This document shows positions 47,667-57,340 of a stretch of DNA of 64,000 nucleotides, piece by piece. The number at the start of each line of letters is the position of its first letter. The first letter of the stretch is position 1. The notes below the pieces were generated by a model. It searched no databases and had not been told where the DNA came from. It saw only the letters and a program-made list of their open reading frames with translations. The stretch comes from a virus, in IMG/VR virus record IMGVR_UViG_3300031758_000006, one strand, 5' to 3'. Both the position numbers and the translations under genes were made by a program.

Positions 47667-48320
47667 TTACCCAACAACACCAACCTTATCATCCAGGTGG
47701 TGGTCATCAAGTACTTCAGACCCAATTGGTCGTTTATTCATTATTCTAACTATTTCATCAATAGTGTATGGGTTCATATTATTCCCATCAACACCAACAT
47801 CCATTTTTTTACCATTACCAAATTTTCTATGTTCTGGTAAATGAACGTGACCATGAAGATGAATAACACCTTTGTTTAACCCATGCCAACTCTGTAATGG
47901 GTAGTGACACAAAACAAATGAATTATCATCTATTTTAACTTCCAAGTAATGTTGTACACTTAAAAATCTTGTTTGGATGTTTGCTCTGTTATTTTCAATG
48001 TGGTGATCGTGATTTCCTAATATTAGGTGGATGTTTTGACAAACAAGTCTATCAAGGAATATATCAATATTTTCAAATCCCCCAAATGAAACGTCACCCA
48101 ACATTATTAGGGTATCATCTTGACCCACCTTACTATTAATACCTTCAACTAATCTTTCATTCATTTTTTCAATGGTGTCAAAATCTCTAGTTGAGTCGGT
48201 TGGTATCTCACCTTCCGGTGTTCTCCAGTTTGTCGTACCTCTAACTATGTTCTTATGTCCATAGTGTGTGTCTGAAGTTATAAAAACTTTTCCGGTTGTT
48301 AATATTTTTTTAAAATTCAT
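47667..48320 (-). CDS. metallophosphoesterase
   Basis: SDTHYGH, LGDVSF, GNHD, HYP, HGHVH. Confidence 0.88.
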   Translation of the reverse strand: MNFKKILTTGKVFITSDTHYGHKNIVRGTTNWRTPEGEIPTDSTRDFDTIEKMNERLVEGINSKVGQDDTLIMLGDVSFGGFENIDIFLDRLVCQNIHLILGNHDHHIENNRANIQTRFLSVQHYLEVKIDDNSFVLCHYPLQSWHGLNKGVIHLHGHVHLPEHRKFGNGKKMDVGVDGNNMNPYTIDEIVRIMNKRPIGSEVLDDHHLDDKVGVVG

Positions 48321-48330
48321 ATCCTATTTT

Positions 48331-49263
48331 TTATGGTAAATCATCTAACCAATCAAGATCACTTGGTGGGACAAATCTAGAAGAGTCCGGGTAACTATTA
48401 ATCATATTCCTAAGTCTAGAAATCCTATCAACATTATAACTTCTATTTGGGTTTGCTGGTCTTGGGATATCTAGGGTCGCTGTTGTACTGATAGAGTATG
48501 GATTTCCCATTGTCCCGTATAATGAATCTGAATTGGTTAATAATGTATTATTTTCTATCCCAGCTAGTTCACCGGTTGTCTTATACATTTGTAATTCTTT
48601 TTTTACAACCAAAAACAATTCATCTGGGATTTCACTGATTGACATCGGGTCTATTTCTTTATCTTGTTCATTCCAAGCTTGTATTTGATTGTTTCTGTTT
48701 CTTTGATGTTCCAACCTAAAGTTTCTTGAGAACGCTATTTTTAAACCGGTGGTTTTATTTATAACATACACTAATCGGTGTGTTGATAAATAATTAACCC
48801 AATATTTTTCTTGTGTCACACACCATTTTGTGTTTGATCCGTAGGTTTTGGATGACTCAAAACTTAATGGGGTTATTATAAACCAGGTATCGTCCTCGTA
48901 AATTTTAATAACTTCTTTTTCTAGTTTTTTCCTATTTTCAATTTCTTCGGCTTTTTTAACAACCTCATACAATTCTAGAAAATTACTATAAGAACTAATA
49001 TCTTTATTTTCAATTCTATTAGATCTAGAGTGTCTCTCAAATTCATTTAGGGTTTCAATCTCACCCGAACCAAATAAGAACACTCCCATATACCCCATGA
49101 ACTCTTCTTTATTTGGACTATAATACTCATTGTCTCTTTTGAAGTTTTTAATCAAAAAATCCAAATACTTATACGAATCAGTTGGGTCCAAATAAGAGAT
49201 TATATCAATTATTGATACATTCAAATCTGGGTGTTGTTCTTTTAATTTATCTAACCTACTCAT
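48331..49263 (-). CDS. hypothetical protein, 'YGxxTKWC' family
   Basis: IYEDDTWFIITPLS..YGSNTKWCV. Confidence 0.8.
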   Translation of the reverse strand: MSRLDKLKEQHPDLNVSIIDIISYLDPTDSYKYLDFLIKNFKRDNEYYSPNKEEFMGYMGVFLFGSGEIETLNEFERHSRSNRIENKDISSYSNFLELYEVVKKAEEIENRKKLEKEVIKIYEDDTWFIITPLSFESSKTYGSNTKWCVTQEKYWVNYLSTHRLVYVINKTTGLKIAFSRNFRLEHQRNRNNQIQAWNEQDKEIDPMSISEIPDELFLVVKKELQMYKTTGELAGIENNTLLTNSDSLYGTMGNPYSISTTATLDIPRPANPNRSYNVDRISRLRNMINSYPDSSRFVPPSDLDWLDDLP

Positions 49264-49649
49264 AACTTAATTTCAAAACGATTTATCATTTGTTCAATTT
49301 TATCTTCTGGGACATCGTGTTGGTTTTTACCACCGTGTCTGTTTTCAACAATAATGGTGAAAACGGTATATCCAAACTCCTTAGCTAAATCAAAATATGG
49401 TTTCATTTCCCATTCTTGGGTTGAGGTGTTTGAGACGACTATCTTTGGGTACTCCAGGATCATATCAGTTTTAACAAAACTTTGACACCATTGGTGTGCG
49501 TCTTTGATTTTCGTTGGGTTAAATTCATATTTCCCTGATGGAGTTACAAAGTACATATCAGCTTCGTAGTGTTGTCCACCCAATGTTTTAGCAAAGGTAC
49601 TCTTCCCTGATCCGGGAATTCCTCTAACGATATATAATATTTTATCCAT
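49260..49649 (-). CDS. P-loop kinase (polynucleotide kinase-like, AAA_33)
   Basis: RGIPGSGKST, EAD.YF, VSNT, HDVPEDKIEQM. Confidence 0.85.
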   Translation of the reverse strand: MDKILYIVRGIPGSGKSTFAKTLGGQHYEADMYFVTPSGKYEFNPTKIKDAHQWCQSFVKTDMILEYPKIVVSNTSTQEWEMKPYFDLAKEFGYTVFTIIVENRHGGKNQHDVPEDKIEQMINRFEIKL

Positions 49650-49653
49650 GTGA

Positions 49654-49685
49654 CAAATATAAATCTTTTTTTTTGAAAAAACAAA
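49654..49685 (-). promoter_or_regulatory. Bacteroidota sigmaA promoter TTTG-N20-TATATTTG
   Basis: Back-to-back with the plus-strand TATTTAT at 49686-49692. Confidence 0.7.
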
Positions 49686-49696
49686 TATTTATAAGT

Positions 49697-50248
49697 ATGA
49701 AATTGGTATTATCAGAAAATCAATATAGAGTTCTGCTTTTTGAATCTTCGGATTTTGGGGAGATCTATAAGATGTATTACCAGGAAATGTATCGTAAGAT
49801 CTGTTATCCGATGTCTAACAACGACTCTGACTTAGCTAAAGACTATTGTCAGTCAGCGTTTATAAAAGCGTATGAGAAATTTGATAAATTTGATGATGTA
49901 CGTAATGTTCAAGGTTGGTTAGCTAGGTTAATTAGAAACCACATAATAGATCAAATGAGGGGTAATAAAATGAAACATACTTCAGATAGTGAACTGTTGT
50001 CCACTCCAGAGGAGGAGCCAAATGACCCAAATTTATTTATGAATGAGTATAGTGAGGAGGAGATTAAAAAAGCTATTGATATGTTAACACCAAACTATAA
50101 AAAAGTATTAAAGATGTACTACTTTGAAGGTCTATCTCACCAGGAAATAGCTGACGAACTGGGTATTAGTGAGGGTACATCAAAATCAAACCTACATAAA
50201 GCTAAAGCTAATTTTAAGAAAAACCTTAAAAAAATTAAAGGGGAATAA
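49697..50248 (+). CDS. ECF-type RNA polymerase sigma-70 factor with leader (MKLVLSENQY..LLFE)
   Basis: Region 2 AKDYCQSAFIKAY..WLARLIRNHIIDQMR; region 4 LSHQEIADELGISEGTSKSNLHKAK. Confidence 0.9.
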   Translation: MKLVLSENQYRVLLFESSDFGEIYKMYYQEMYRKICYPMSNNDSDLAKDYCQSAFIKAYEKFDKFDDVRNVQGWLARLIRNHIIDQMRGNKMKHTSDSELLSTPEEEPNDPNLFMNEYSEEEIKKAIDMLTPNYKKVLKMYYFEGLSHQEIADELGISEGTSKSNLHKAKANFKKNLKKIKGE

Positions 50249-50322
50249 ATCCCCCCTTAAATTTTAGGTCAACACTTAGATTGTGTCCGACTCCACCACC
50301 TTGTTTTTTCTAAACAAGGAAA

Positions 50323-50814
50323 CTAACTAAATTCTGTCGATGTTGATATTCTTAAATCGTCAATATAAATATCGTGATACCTAGAACTATCAAACCATGA
50401 AACTCTACTTGATGGATTTTCTTCATAGTATGTCTGTGTGTCCCATCCGTCCTTACACCAATCAAGGGCCATTTCAATAAATTCGTCCTGATTAATCTCA
50501 ACACCATACTCATCAATTATACGACCACTTCTAATAAAGTCAAATAATTCTTCTTTACTGGTGTAGAATTTTTTATCGTGGAAATTCCAACAAAACTTCC
50601 ACCCCATACTCCTTTTACCCAAATGGATTAGAATGTTGTCGGTGAATTCATCCCATGGGGACCAGTTAGTCCATTCATCTGGACCACCACCAATGTTAAA
50701 ATTATTATTAATTGATCTTGGACTTATGTCCATTTTCCTTATTTTAGTCTGTAACTTGTTTTTTCTTTCCTCAAGTTCCTTAACTGAAGGTATTCTATAA
50801 AAATTGGTCCCCAT
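50323..50814 (-). CDS. conserved phage hypothetical protein
   Basis: MGTNFY..IHLGKRSMGWKF..IIDEYG. Confidence 0.75.
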   Translation of the reverse strand: MGTNFYRIPSVKELEERKNKLQTKIRKMDISPRSINNNFNIGGGPDEWTNWSPWDEFTDNILIHLGKRSMGWKFCWNFHDKKFYTSKEELFDFIRSGRIIDEYGVEINQDEFIEMALDWCKDGWDTQTYYEENPSSRVSWFDSSRYHDIYIDDLRISTSTEFS

Positions 50815-50816
50815 AT

Positions 50817-51263
50817 TTAAATTTTATTTATCCAAAGATAATAATTAGTATTGTTTGTGGTCCCTGGTGTTATAATGTGAAATGGTACCCCAGGTATTGA
50901 TCCGTAATTAAACATTGACATGTTCACACTTCCACTCATATCCCCCCATATGAACGAATACAAACTTAAGTTCATTCCGGACATGGTCTCTGTCAAATGA
51001 TAAACACTCTGAGTACCGTTCATAATGTATGTGTCCTTATCAATAAAAGATATTGTGTCATTAAGTGGTAATACCTCACCAAACTCCCCAACACGATAAC
51101 CAGTAACGACCCAGTCTTGACCTGACAATGTATATACACTATCAATACTTGTGGTGTCAGTTATAATTGGTTGTGGTGGATTTGGTGGATTTGGTTGTAT
51201 GTTCTCCTTGACACATGACGTGAGTAGAACTAAAGAAAATAAAACTAAATAAATGAATTTCAT
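50817..51263 (-). CDS. lipoprotein
   Basis: Signal peptide with LTSC lipobox. Confidence 0.75.
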   Translation of the reverse strand: MKFIYLVLFSLVLLTSCVKENIQPNPPNPPQPIITDTTSIDSVYTLSGQDWVVTGYRVGEFGEVLPLNDTISFIDKDTYIMNGTQSVYHLTETMSGMNLSLYSFIWGDMSGSVNMSMFNYGSIPGVPFHIITPGTTNNTNYYLWINKI

Positions 51264-51271
51264 ACTAATAA

Positions 51272-51547
51272 TTATTTAGTAACTAAAGCTTCAATTTTAC
51301 TTTTAACTGGATTTACCATATCAAGTTCCTTGGTTGAGGTGACAATAACACAGTCCTTAAGGATCCGACTTGGTATGTGAATGTAGAATGTATCCCCATT
51401 AAATGACGTTAGGTCCTCGTTTAACTCCACACATCCGTGGATCATTTTCAAGAACAACTTAAACTGAATCTGATCAACAAATACTTCCTCTAACAATGTA
51501 CCAAACTTCTCGTTGATAATTAATATTCCGTATCCAATCTTTTTCAT
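51272..51547 (-). CDS. hypothetical protein
   Basis: ORF in operon. Confidence 0.65.
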   Translation of the reverse strand: MKKIGYGILIINEKFGTLLEEVFVDQIQFKLFLKMIHGCVELNEDLTSFNGDTFYIHIPSRILKDCVIVTSTKELDMVNPVKSKIEALVTK

Positions 51548-51550
51548 ATC

Positions 51551-51781
51551 TTAAACGTTAAAAATTTGTTTTAAAACCATAATAACTTCTGAGTAATTTC
51601 CGTGTCTTAAATCGGTCTCACACTCTTTAAGTACTTCAATTACACAACCTTCAGCGTCACTATTTGAGTGTCCTTCTGAGATTAGTTTAACCACCGCTTT
51701 GTCGGAAGTCATATATACCATCTTCAAACCTTTCGGGAATTTTTTAATGGTTTCGATAGATTTTCTTTGTTCTTTTGTCAT
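51551..51781 (-). CDS. hypothetical protein
   Basis: Start reassigned to MTKEQR behind a host-type promoter. Confidence 0.6.
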   Translation of the reverse strand: MTKEQRKSIETIKKFPKGLKMVYMTSDKAVVKLISEGHSNSDAEGCVIEVLKECETDLRHGNYSEVIMVLKQIFNV

Positions 51782-51803
51782 TGGGTATCTGTTAATGTTA
51801 AGA

Positions 51804-51834
51804 CAAATATACAAGATATATTTTAATTGGCAAA
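51804..51834 (-). promoter_or_regulatory. Bacteroidota sigmaA promoter TTTG-N19-TATATTTG
   Basis: Exact consensus boxes. Confidence 0.75.
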
Positions 51835-51948
51835 AAAAAATCCCATAAAAAATTACTTCCATGAGATTTTTAGTTATTAACCAACAATATTTTGAAAGGG
51901 AATATTAGGTTTTGTGTAATATAAATACACAATACTTTTTAAAAGTTC

Positions 51949-52371
51949 TTACTTTTTTAATACTTTTTTTATAATTTCCTCTAATTGATCATTTTTTTTA
52001 CTAAATGGTAGATCATCTATTGTAAAATACCCACATTTACTGTGTTCGTGTCCGTCTTTAGCTTTATTTAAATTTGGTGTTATATTTTTACTTGTTTCAT
52101 GTAAATAAACATAAATTAACCCACGTTTTGTTGTCTGGTCTTTATCATATTTATTAATAAATCCAACTAATTTTAATTTGTCTGGTAGTACAATATTTGT
52201 CTCTTCATTAAATTCTCGTAAAGCAGCTTGTACTGGTGTTTCATCACCTTCGATCATTCCAGAAGGTATTGACCAGACATTTGGCATTGATTCGTCTGGT
52301 GATCGTTTACATAACAACACCTTATCTTTGTTTTTGATTATAATACCTGAATACCTTTTAAATTTAACCAT
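51949..52371 (-). CDS. NUDIX hydrolase
   Basis: WSIPSGMIEGDETPVQAALREFNEET. Confidence 0.9.
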   Translation of the reverse strand: MVKFKRYSGIIIKNKDKVLLCKRSPDESMPNVWSIPSGMIEGDETPVQAALREFNEETNIVLPDKLKLVGFINKYDKDQTTKRGLIYVYLHETSKNITPNLNKAKDGHEHSKCGYFTIDDLPFSKKNDQLEEIIKKVLKK

Positions 52372-52378
52372 ACGACAA

Positions 52379-52390
52379 TATTTATAAATA
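52379..52390. promoter_or_regulatory. palindromic TATTTATAAATA: overlapping divergent TATTTAT motifs
   Basis: Sits between divergent starts at 52371 (-) and 52392 (+). Confidence 0.5.
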
Positions 52391-52391
52391 T

Positions 52392-52763
52392 ATGATAAAG
52401 TTAATTATAAACAATAGTCTTTTTAATGTAAAATGTCCTATGACCGATAAAGACATTAGTGACGGTATGATGGGTAAAAAATTTGATGATGATTTTAATG
52501 GGATGTTGTTTTTAATGAAAAAGTCCAACCATTCGTTCTGGATGGTTGATTGTATTGTTCATTTAGATATAATTTTTATTGACAATAATGTAATCACAAA
52601 AATACATAAAAATTGTAAACCATGTTTAGACAGTACTGGTTCTGAATGTGAGAGATATCGTGGTTATGGTGATATGGTATTGGAAATTAACGGTGGTGAT
52701 TGTGATAAATACAATATTAGGGAGGGTATGTCTATTGAGTACCCAACTAAATTAATGATCTAA
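52392..52763 (+). CDS. DUF192 family protein
   Basis: GMM..GMLF..FWM..LDIIFID..VLEINGG. Confidence 0.8.
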   Translation: MIKLIINNSLFNVKCPMTDKDISDGMMGKKFDDDFNGMLFLMKKSNHSFWMVDCIVHLDIIFIDNNVITKIHKNCKPCLDSTGSECERYRGYGDMVLEINGGDCDKYNIREGMSIEYPTKLMI

Positions 52764-53817
52764 TTAAAAAACCTACAGGGTCTACCGTTGGGTTTGACAC
52801 ATTTTTAGTCAATAACTCTGTTGGTGTTGTTATCTCTTCCGCTCCGGCTAATTGTTGTTCACCTTCTGGTTGTTGTCCCCCAAATTCGTCATTATAATAC
52901 TGTTGTGATTGTTGTGTTTGTGAATACTCCCCAACTTTTTGGTTGACATATTCCTGACCATATTTAGCATCCAATTCTTCTGGTCCAACCCAATTACCTA
53001 ACCCAAGAAAATCCAAAAACCCTAAATACCATTTAGTTCTTCTCATAAGTGATCTAACAGATCTATTACCCCATATTCTGGGAACACCACCAGCTAATCC
53101 TGACCAAAGTGTTGGATTGGCGTTTTTATATCCCTTAAATATACTCGATCCGTCAGCTAACTTTCGTAAATTTTTAATATTTTCAATTTTCTGTACGTCA
53201 CTAATTTTTGACCAATTTTTTACTAAATTACCAGTCTCAGCTTTTAACACCCTACCTTTGGTACCAGCTTGGGAGAATAGATCTATCCACTGTCCGAGTA
53301 CACCCCTAGTTCTCCTGGTTAGTACACCACCAGGTACATTGTCAACCGCAGCTTTTAATTTTGGTGTCCACTGTCCGGACCCCCTAACAAAATTACCAAC
53401 AACACCTTTTTCCGCTGACAACGTTTTAAGTATTCCAAGAGCCTCAGCACTTTTACCAGCTTTACTTAATTTCAAAGCGGTATCCAATGTTTTAACCGCT
53501 GGTTTACCAACTTTCATAGCACCCATAACCGGTTTAGCTAATACGTCACCAACGTACGGTATTACCGATATCATGGATAAAAACCCAAATAAATAATCAC
53601 CTTGATTAATGTATGAGATACCATTAGCTAAATCTATAACACCAGTTGGGTCAAATATACCTAATATGTCACCAACAGTGTTATACCATTGTGATTCATT
53701 TAGATTTTTTTTTCTTTTTGGTAATAAATCATTACATAATGATAATAGGAATAACTTATCATTATCTGATAGTCTATTCCATTTTTCCTCCAAAATTTGT
53801 TTTTGATTTTTATTCAT
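52747..53817 (-). CDS. hypothetical protein with pre-toxin TG-like hydrophobic hairpin
   Basis: GDILGIFDPTGVIDLANGISY..GDYLFGFLSMISVIPYVGD; TATTTAT at 53837-53843. Confidence 0.55.
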   Translation of the reverse strand: MNKNQKQILEEKWNRLSDNDKLFLLSLCNDLLPKRKKNLNESQWYNTVGDILGIFDPTGVIDLANGISYINQGDYLFGFLSMISVIPYVGDVLAKPVMGAMKVGKPAVKTLDTALKLSKAGKSAEALGILKTLSAEKGVVGNFVRGSGQWTPKLKAAVDNVPGGVLTRRTRGVLGQWIDLFSQAGTKGRVLKAETGNLVKNWSKISDVQKIENIKNLRKLADGSSIFKGYKNANPTLWSGLAGGVPRIWGNRSVRSLMRRTKWYLGFLDFLGLGNWVGPEELDAKYGQEYVNQKVGEYSQTQQSQQYYNDEFGGQQPEGEQQLAGAEEITTPTELLTKNVSNPTVDPVGFLIRSLI

Positions 53818-53868
53818 TAAAAATACTTAATTTATTATAAATATCCTAAGTATTCAAAATGGGTTAGT

Positions 53869-54690
53869 TTAGTTTAATTTTGATTCCAAATTCTTAATAT
53901 GGTGATCTAGGTACCATAAAGCTTTTCTTAAGTCTTCCAATTCTTTTGTTGGGTCCTTTTTACCAGCTCTAGAAATATATTTAACAGTATTACCTAATGA
54001 AAACCCGAGATCCCAAGCGTCAATAACTTTAATAGCTTCGTATGGATTTTCACCACCACCATAATGATTTGGGTGGTCTACATGTTCAGTTGTTTGATTT
54101 GGTTTTGTATTAATTGCCCAGAAAGCTCCATCAATACTGTTTATTGTGAAGTTTTCCCAATTAATACTATCAACACCCCTATCAACATCTGGTATATTAG
54201 TTTCTGTGGATTTATAATCATCAATATATATAACACCACCTGGTTGTAATCTAGAAGCTGTCAATATTGTGTCGGATGTTACACATTCAAATGTGTGACC
54301 ACCATCAACCTCAACAAAATCAAATAGAACTTCGTTTGAAGTTAGAAACAGTGGAATTGTCTCTAATGAGGTTCCTGGTATTAAATTCATGTATATACCA
54401 TACTTTTTAACTTCTTCCGATAATATCTCAAAATTAGGTACCGTACATTCGTGTTCACAAATATCAAAAACAGTTATTACTACTGGTGTTTCACCGTATT
54501 CACCAGATTGTCTCATTGAAGCTATTGTATCACAAATAATAAAAGCTGAGTGTCCCATATTAAACCCGATCTGAATAATCTGTTTAGGTTTATATTCCCT
54601 TATTAAATTTGATAGTAGGTTTTGTCTGTTTGGGAACCAACTAATGTTTCCTTCATTACAGTCGGTTTTCATTCCAGGTAATAGATTCAT
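53869..54690 (-). CDS. class I SAM methyltransferase (Methyltransf_24-like) fused to DUF3310
   Basis: IQIGFNMGHS, FDFVEVDGGH, IYIDD; C-terminal VDHPNHY..EAIKVI..GFSLGNTVKYISRAGKK. Confidence 0.75.
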   Translation of the reverse strand: MNLLPGMKTDCNEGNISWFPNRQNLLSNLIREYKPKQIIQIGFNMGHSAFIICDTIASMRQSGEYGETPVVITVFDICEHECTVPNFEILSEEVKKYGIYMNLIPGTSLETIPLFLTSNEVLFDFVEVDGGHTFECVTSDTILTASRLQPGGVIYIDDYKSTETNIPDVDRGVDSINWENFTINSIDGAFWAINTKPNQTTEHVDHPNHYGGGENPYEAIKVIDAWDLGFSLGNTVKYISRAGKKDPTKELEDLRKALWYLDHHIKNLESKLN

Positions 54691-54694
54691 GTTA

Positions 54695-54883
54695 TTATTT
54701 ATTTAATTCTTTAATTTTTTCAAGTATTTCTTCTTCGGTTTTACCTTCATTAAACATTCGGTATATTATCACTGAAAAATCATCGGTTAGATAAGCTGCG
54801 TCTGAATCCAAGTATTTCATTATGTTATCTAAATTTTTTAATATTCCTTCCTTACTAAAAAATCTTTTATTAAATCCCGTCAT
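54695..54883 (-). CDS. hypothetical protein
   Basis: 62-aa ORF in operon. Confidence 0.55.
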   Translation of the reverse strand: MTGFNKRFFSKEGILKNLDNIMKYLDSDAAYLTDDFSVIIYRMFNEGKTEEEILEKIKELNK

Positions 54884-55673
54884 CTTCGTTAACTATAGAA
54901 AACCTATCCTTTAATTTTTTATATTTATTAATGATTTCATTTTGTCCAACATATGTTATTAACTTACGTTTAAACAAAGGTAGTAATGTTTGTTCTATTG
55001 GGAACTCACCATTACTGGTCATTTCAAATACCGGTAGTTTTCCGTCTGTGTTTTTATCAACCGTATTAAAATTATCAATAATTTTTGATATTGTCAAATC
55101 TGTGGTGTCAGAAAATATTAAATTTGTTGTTGTCTTTTTTTCTGGTGACTTTTTGGACACCTGTTTGATGTCGTATCTCCACACATATTTTTTATTTGTG
55201 TTTTTATCAATAAAATAAAAATATCCGGTAGTACTTGTTGTATTTTTTTTATTCTTTTTTGGTTTGATCTCTACGTTATCGAACACTATTGTCCATACTG
55301 ATTTAGCGATATTGAAATACTCCAACATTTTTGGTGCGGTGTATTTTAGGATTTCAATAAACTCTTCAGTTTCAGATTCATCCATTTCTGGAATGTCTTT
55401 AATTTTTAAATCCCTAACCAACAATTCGTCGTCAACTGATAGAAATCGTTTATTGGTGTATACGATTTTTCTATCCTTGATTAATGTTTGGACATTAGCT
55501 AAGTGTAGGGACAACTCAATAAAACTTGGGTACAGTTCCAGATTATCTAGTTTTTCACCCATTTTTTGAAAGTACGAGAGTAGCTTGTACTCTTTATGTT
55601 CCTTATCGATTGGTTTTTCGAACATCCAGTCGGTGTTCATTAAAAATTCTATTTTTTTCTTTCGTTTCATCAA
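54870..55673 (-). CDS. hypothetical protein
   Basis: 267-aa ORF. Confidence 0.75.
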   Translation of the reverse strand: MMKRKKKIEFLMNTDWMFEKPIDKEHKEYKLLSYFQKMGEKLDNLELYPSFIELSLHLANVQTLIKDRKIVYTNKRFLSVDDELLVRDLKIKDIPEMDESETEEFIEILKYTAPKMLEYFNIAKSVWTIVFDNVEIKPKKNKKNTTSTTGYFYFIDKNTNKKYVWRYDIKQVSKKSPEKKTTTNLIFSDTTDLTISKIIDNFNTVDKNTDGKLPVFEMTSNGEFPIEQTLLPLFKRKLITYVGQNEIINKYKKLKDRFSIVNEDDGI

Positions 55674-55709
55674 TCATAATAATAAACATAAATCTTGTTG
55701 GTGTAAAGA

Positions 55710-57257
55710 TTAATCTGTTCTAACAACATAATATCGGTCCTGATTTATTGTGTAGTAATCATATGTGTCGTCATAACCACTAATTCTACCATAATCACTA
55801 TCACTAACTAAATCATCTAACATTTCATCTTTATCAATAAAAGGACCATAATCCATCCCATAATCATCCAACCATCTTGTCGGGTTATCTCTAATCTCGG
55901 ACAATCGGTCCTCAACAGCTTCTTCCACTGAATCATCATCTAAATCACCATCTGGATCATCTTTAATTACTTCAATTTCAGATTCAATTTCACTAGTTCT
56001 ATCTTCAATCTCACTTATTCGGTTTTCATTTTCCTCCTCATGTTCACCATCCTCATCGTCATCACTATAGTATATTTGTTCAACCTCTTTACCGTTTTGA
56101 TAAATCACCCATCGATTAGAATCGTACTGAGTTATTAATTCATTATTCATGTAATCGGTAAATTTAAAATACCTTAAACTTTCAGTTACTTCTTCCGTTA
56201 ATGGTGATCTAGCTCCTCTTTCAATTAAAAATTGTTCCTGAAGTAATGATCTTCTTTCATATTCTAGTTGTTCAATTTCACGTTCCTGACTACCACTAAG
56301 AGTTTTTTCAATGTCATAACTTTCTGGACTTTCATATATGTCATTTCTAACGTCATCTTCAAAGTATTCAGCGACTTCATCACCGTTTATGTATCTTTCT
56401 AAGTGGTTTGAATCAAAATATTGTTCGGGACTATCAACCCAGTCTTGATAATATTCTTTTAAAGCTTCATCAAATTGGTCTTCAGTTCCAACTGCGTATC
56501 TTTGACCGTAAGTTGTGTCATTAACAGATTTAAATATGGTTAAATCACCATAATGACCTCCATCCTCAACTAAATCATAGACATCATGAACCTCATCCAT
56601 TAAATCATTGATGTCAGATTCAACCTCATCCATTTCAACAACAATGTCGTCAGATTTTTCATCATCTTCCTCTTCTTCTAGTTTTTGTTCTAATTCTTTA
56701 TGTTTTCTTCTAAGTTCTTCTAATTTTTCTTGATCTTCATCATCTAAAAGTTTAACTGAACCATCGTGGTCTTCCATGAATTTAAGAACAGCGTGTGCCA
56801 TTTCACCGGTTGTGTCCCCATTATTTAGGTCCCATTCATTTTCTTCACGTCTTTCCTGAGATTCTTCTCTCTCTCGTTGTCTTTTTAATCTTTCAAGATA
56901 TTTCTCGTACGGTGTTCCCCAAACTCTGATATGATTGGAGTGTGTTGTTATTCCTTTAATCGTTTTGATACCGGTACCAGATAAATCAACCACACCATCA
57001 ATTCTAATGTCACCCAAATCAGTAATTTTTTCCCTAAACTTATGATCACTTAAATCTAAATTCCCGGTGATTCGTATTTTTTTACCTTTAAATTGTGGGA
57101 GGTTATGAATTAATTGAGCGTTACCATTAACACCCATTAATAATTTTTTATACATCTCTGGTTGGATTTCGACGTAATTGTCCTCCTCATTCTCCAGGAT
57201 AATGTTCTTAATTAAATTAATTAATTTACTTTCACTAAGTCTTACTAATTTTTTCAT
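55710..57257 (-). CDS. very acidic protein with leader (MKKLVRLSESKL..IILE) and short LRR-like segment
   Basis: GNLDLS/GVVDLSGTGI repeats; D/E-rich; TATTTAT at 57263-57269. Confidence 0.75.
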   Translation of the reverse strand: MKKLVRLSESKLINLIKNIILENEEDNYVEIQPEMYKKLLMGVNGNAQLIHNLPQFKGKKIRITGNLDLSDHKFREKITDLGDIRIDGVVDLSGTGIKTIKGITTHSNHIRVWGTPYEKYLERLKRQREREESQERREENEWDLNNGDTTGEMAHAVLKFMEDHDGSVKLLDDEDQEKLEELRRKHKELEQKLEEEEDDEKSDDIVVEMDEVESDINDLMDEVHDVYDLVEDGGHYGDLTIFKSVNDTTYGQRYAVGTEDQFDEALKEYYQDWVDSPEQYFDSNHLERYINGDEVAEYFEDDVRNDIYESPESYDIEKTLSGSQEREIEQLEYERRSLLQEQFLIERGARSPLTEEVTESLRYFKFTDYMNNELITQYDSNRWVIYQNGKEVEQIYYSDDDEDGEHEEENENRISEIEDRTSEIESEIEVIKDDPDGDLDDDSVEEAVEDRLSEIRDNPTRWLDDYGMDYGPFIDKDEMLDDLVSDSDYGRISGYDDTYDYYTINQDRYYVVRTD

Positions 57258-57340
57258 ATATAATAAATATTAAAATCTTTACAAATATAACTTTATTGGG
57301 ATATTTATATATAGAAATAAACCTAATAAAAACATTAGTC

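Noticed and set aside
50262-50322. tRNA-like fragment (gtccgactccacca)
   Set aside because: No cloverleaf, D-arm or TTC loop can be built; only short hairpins between convergent genes.
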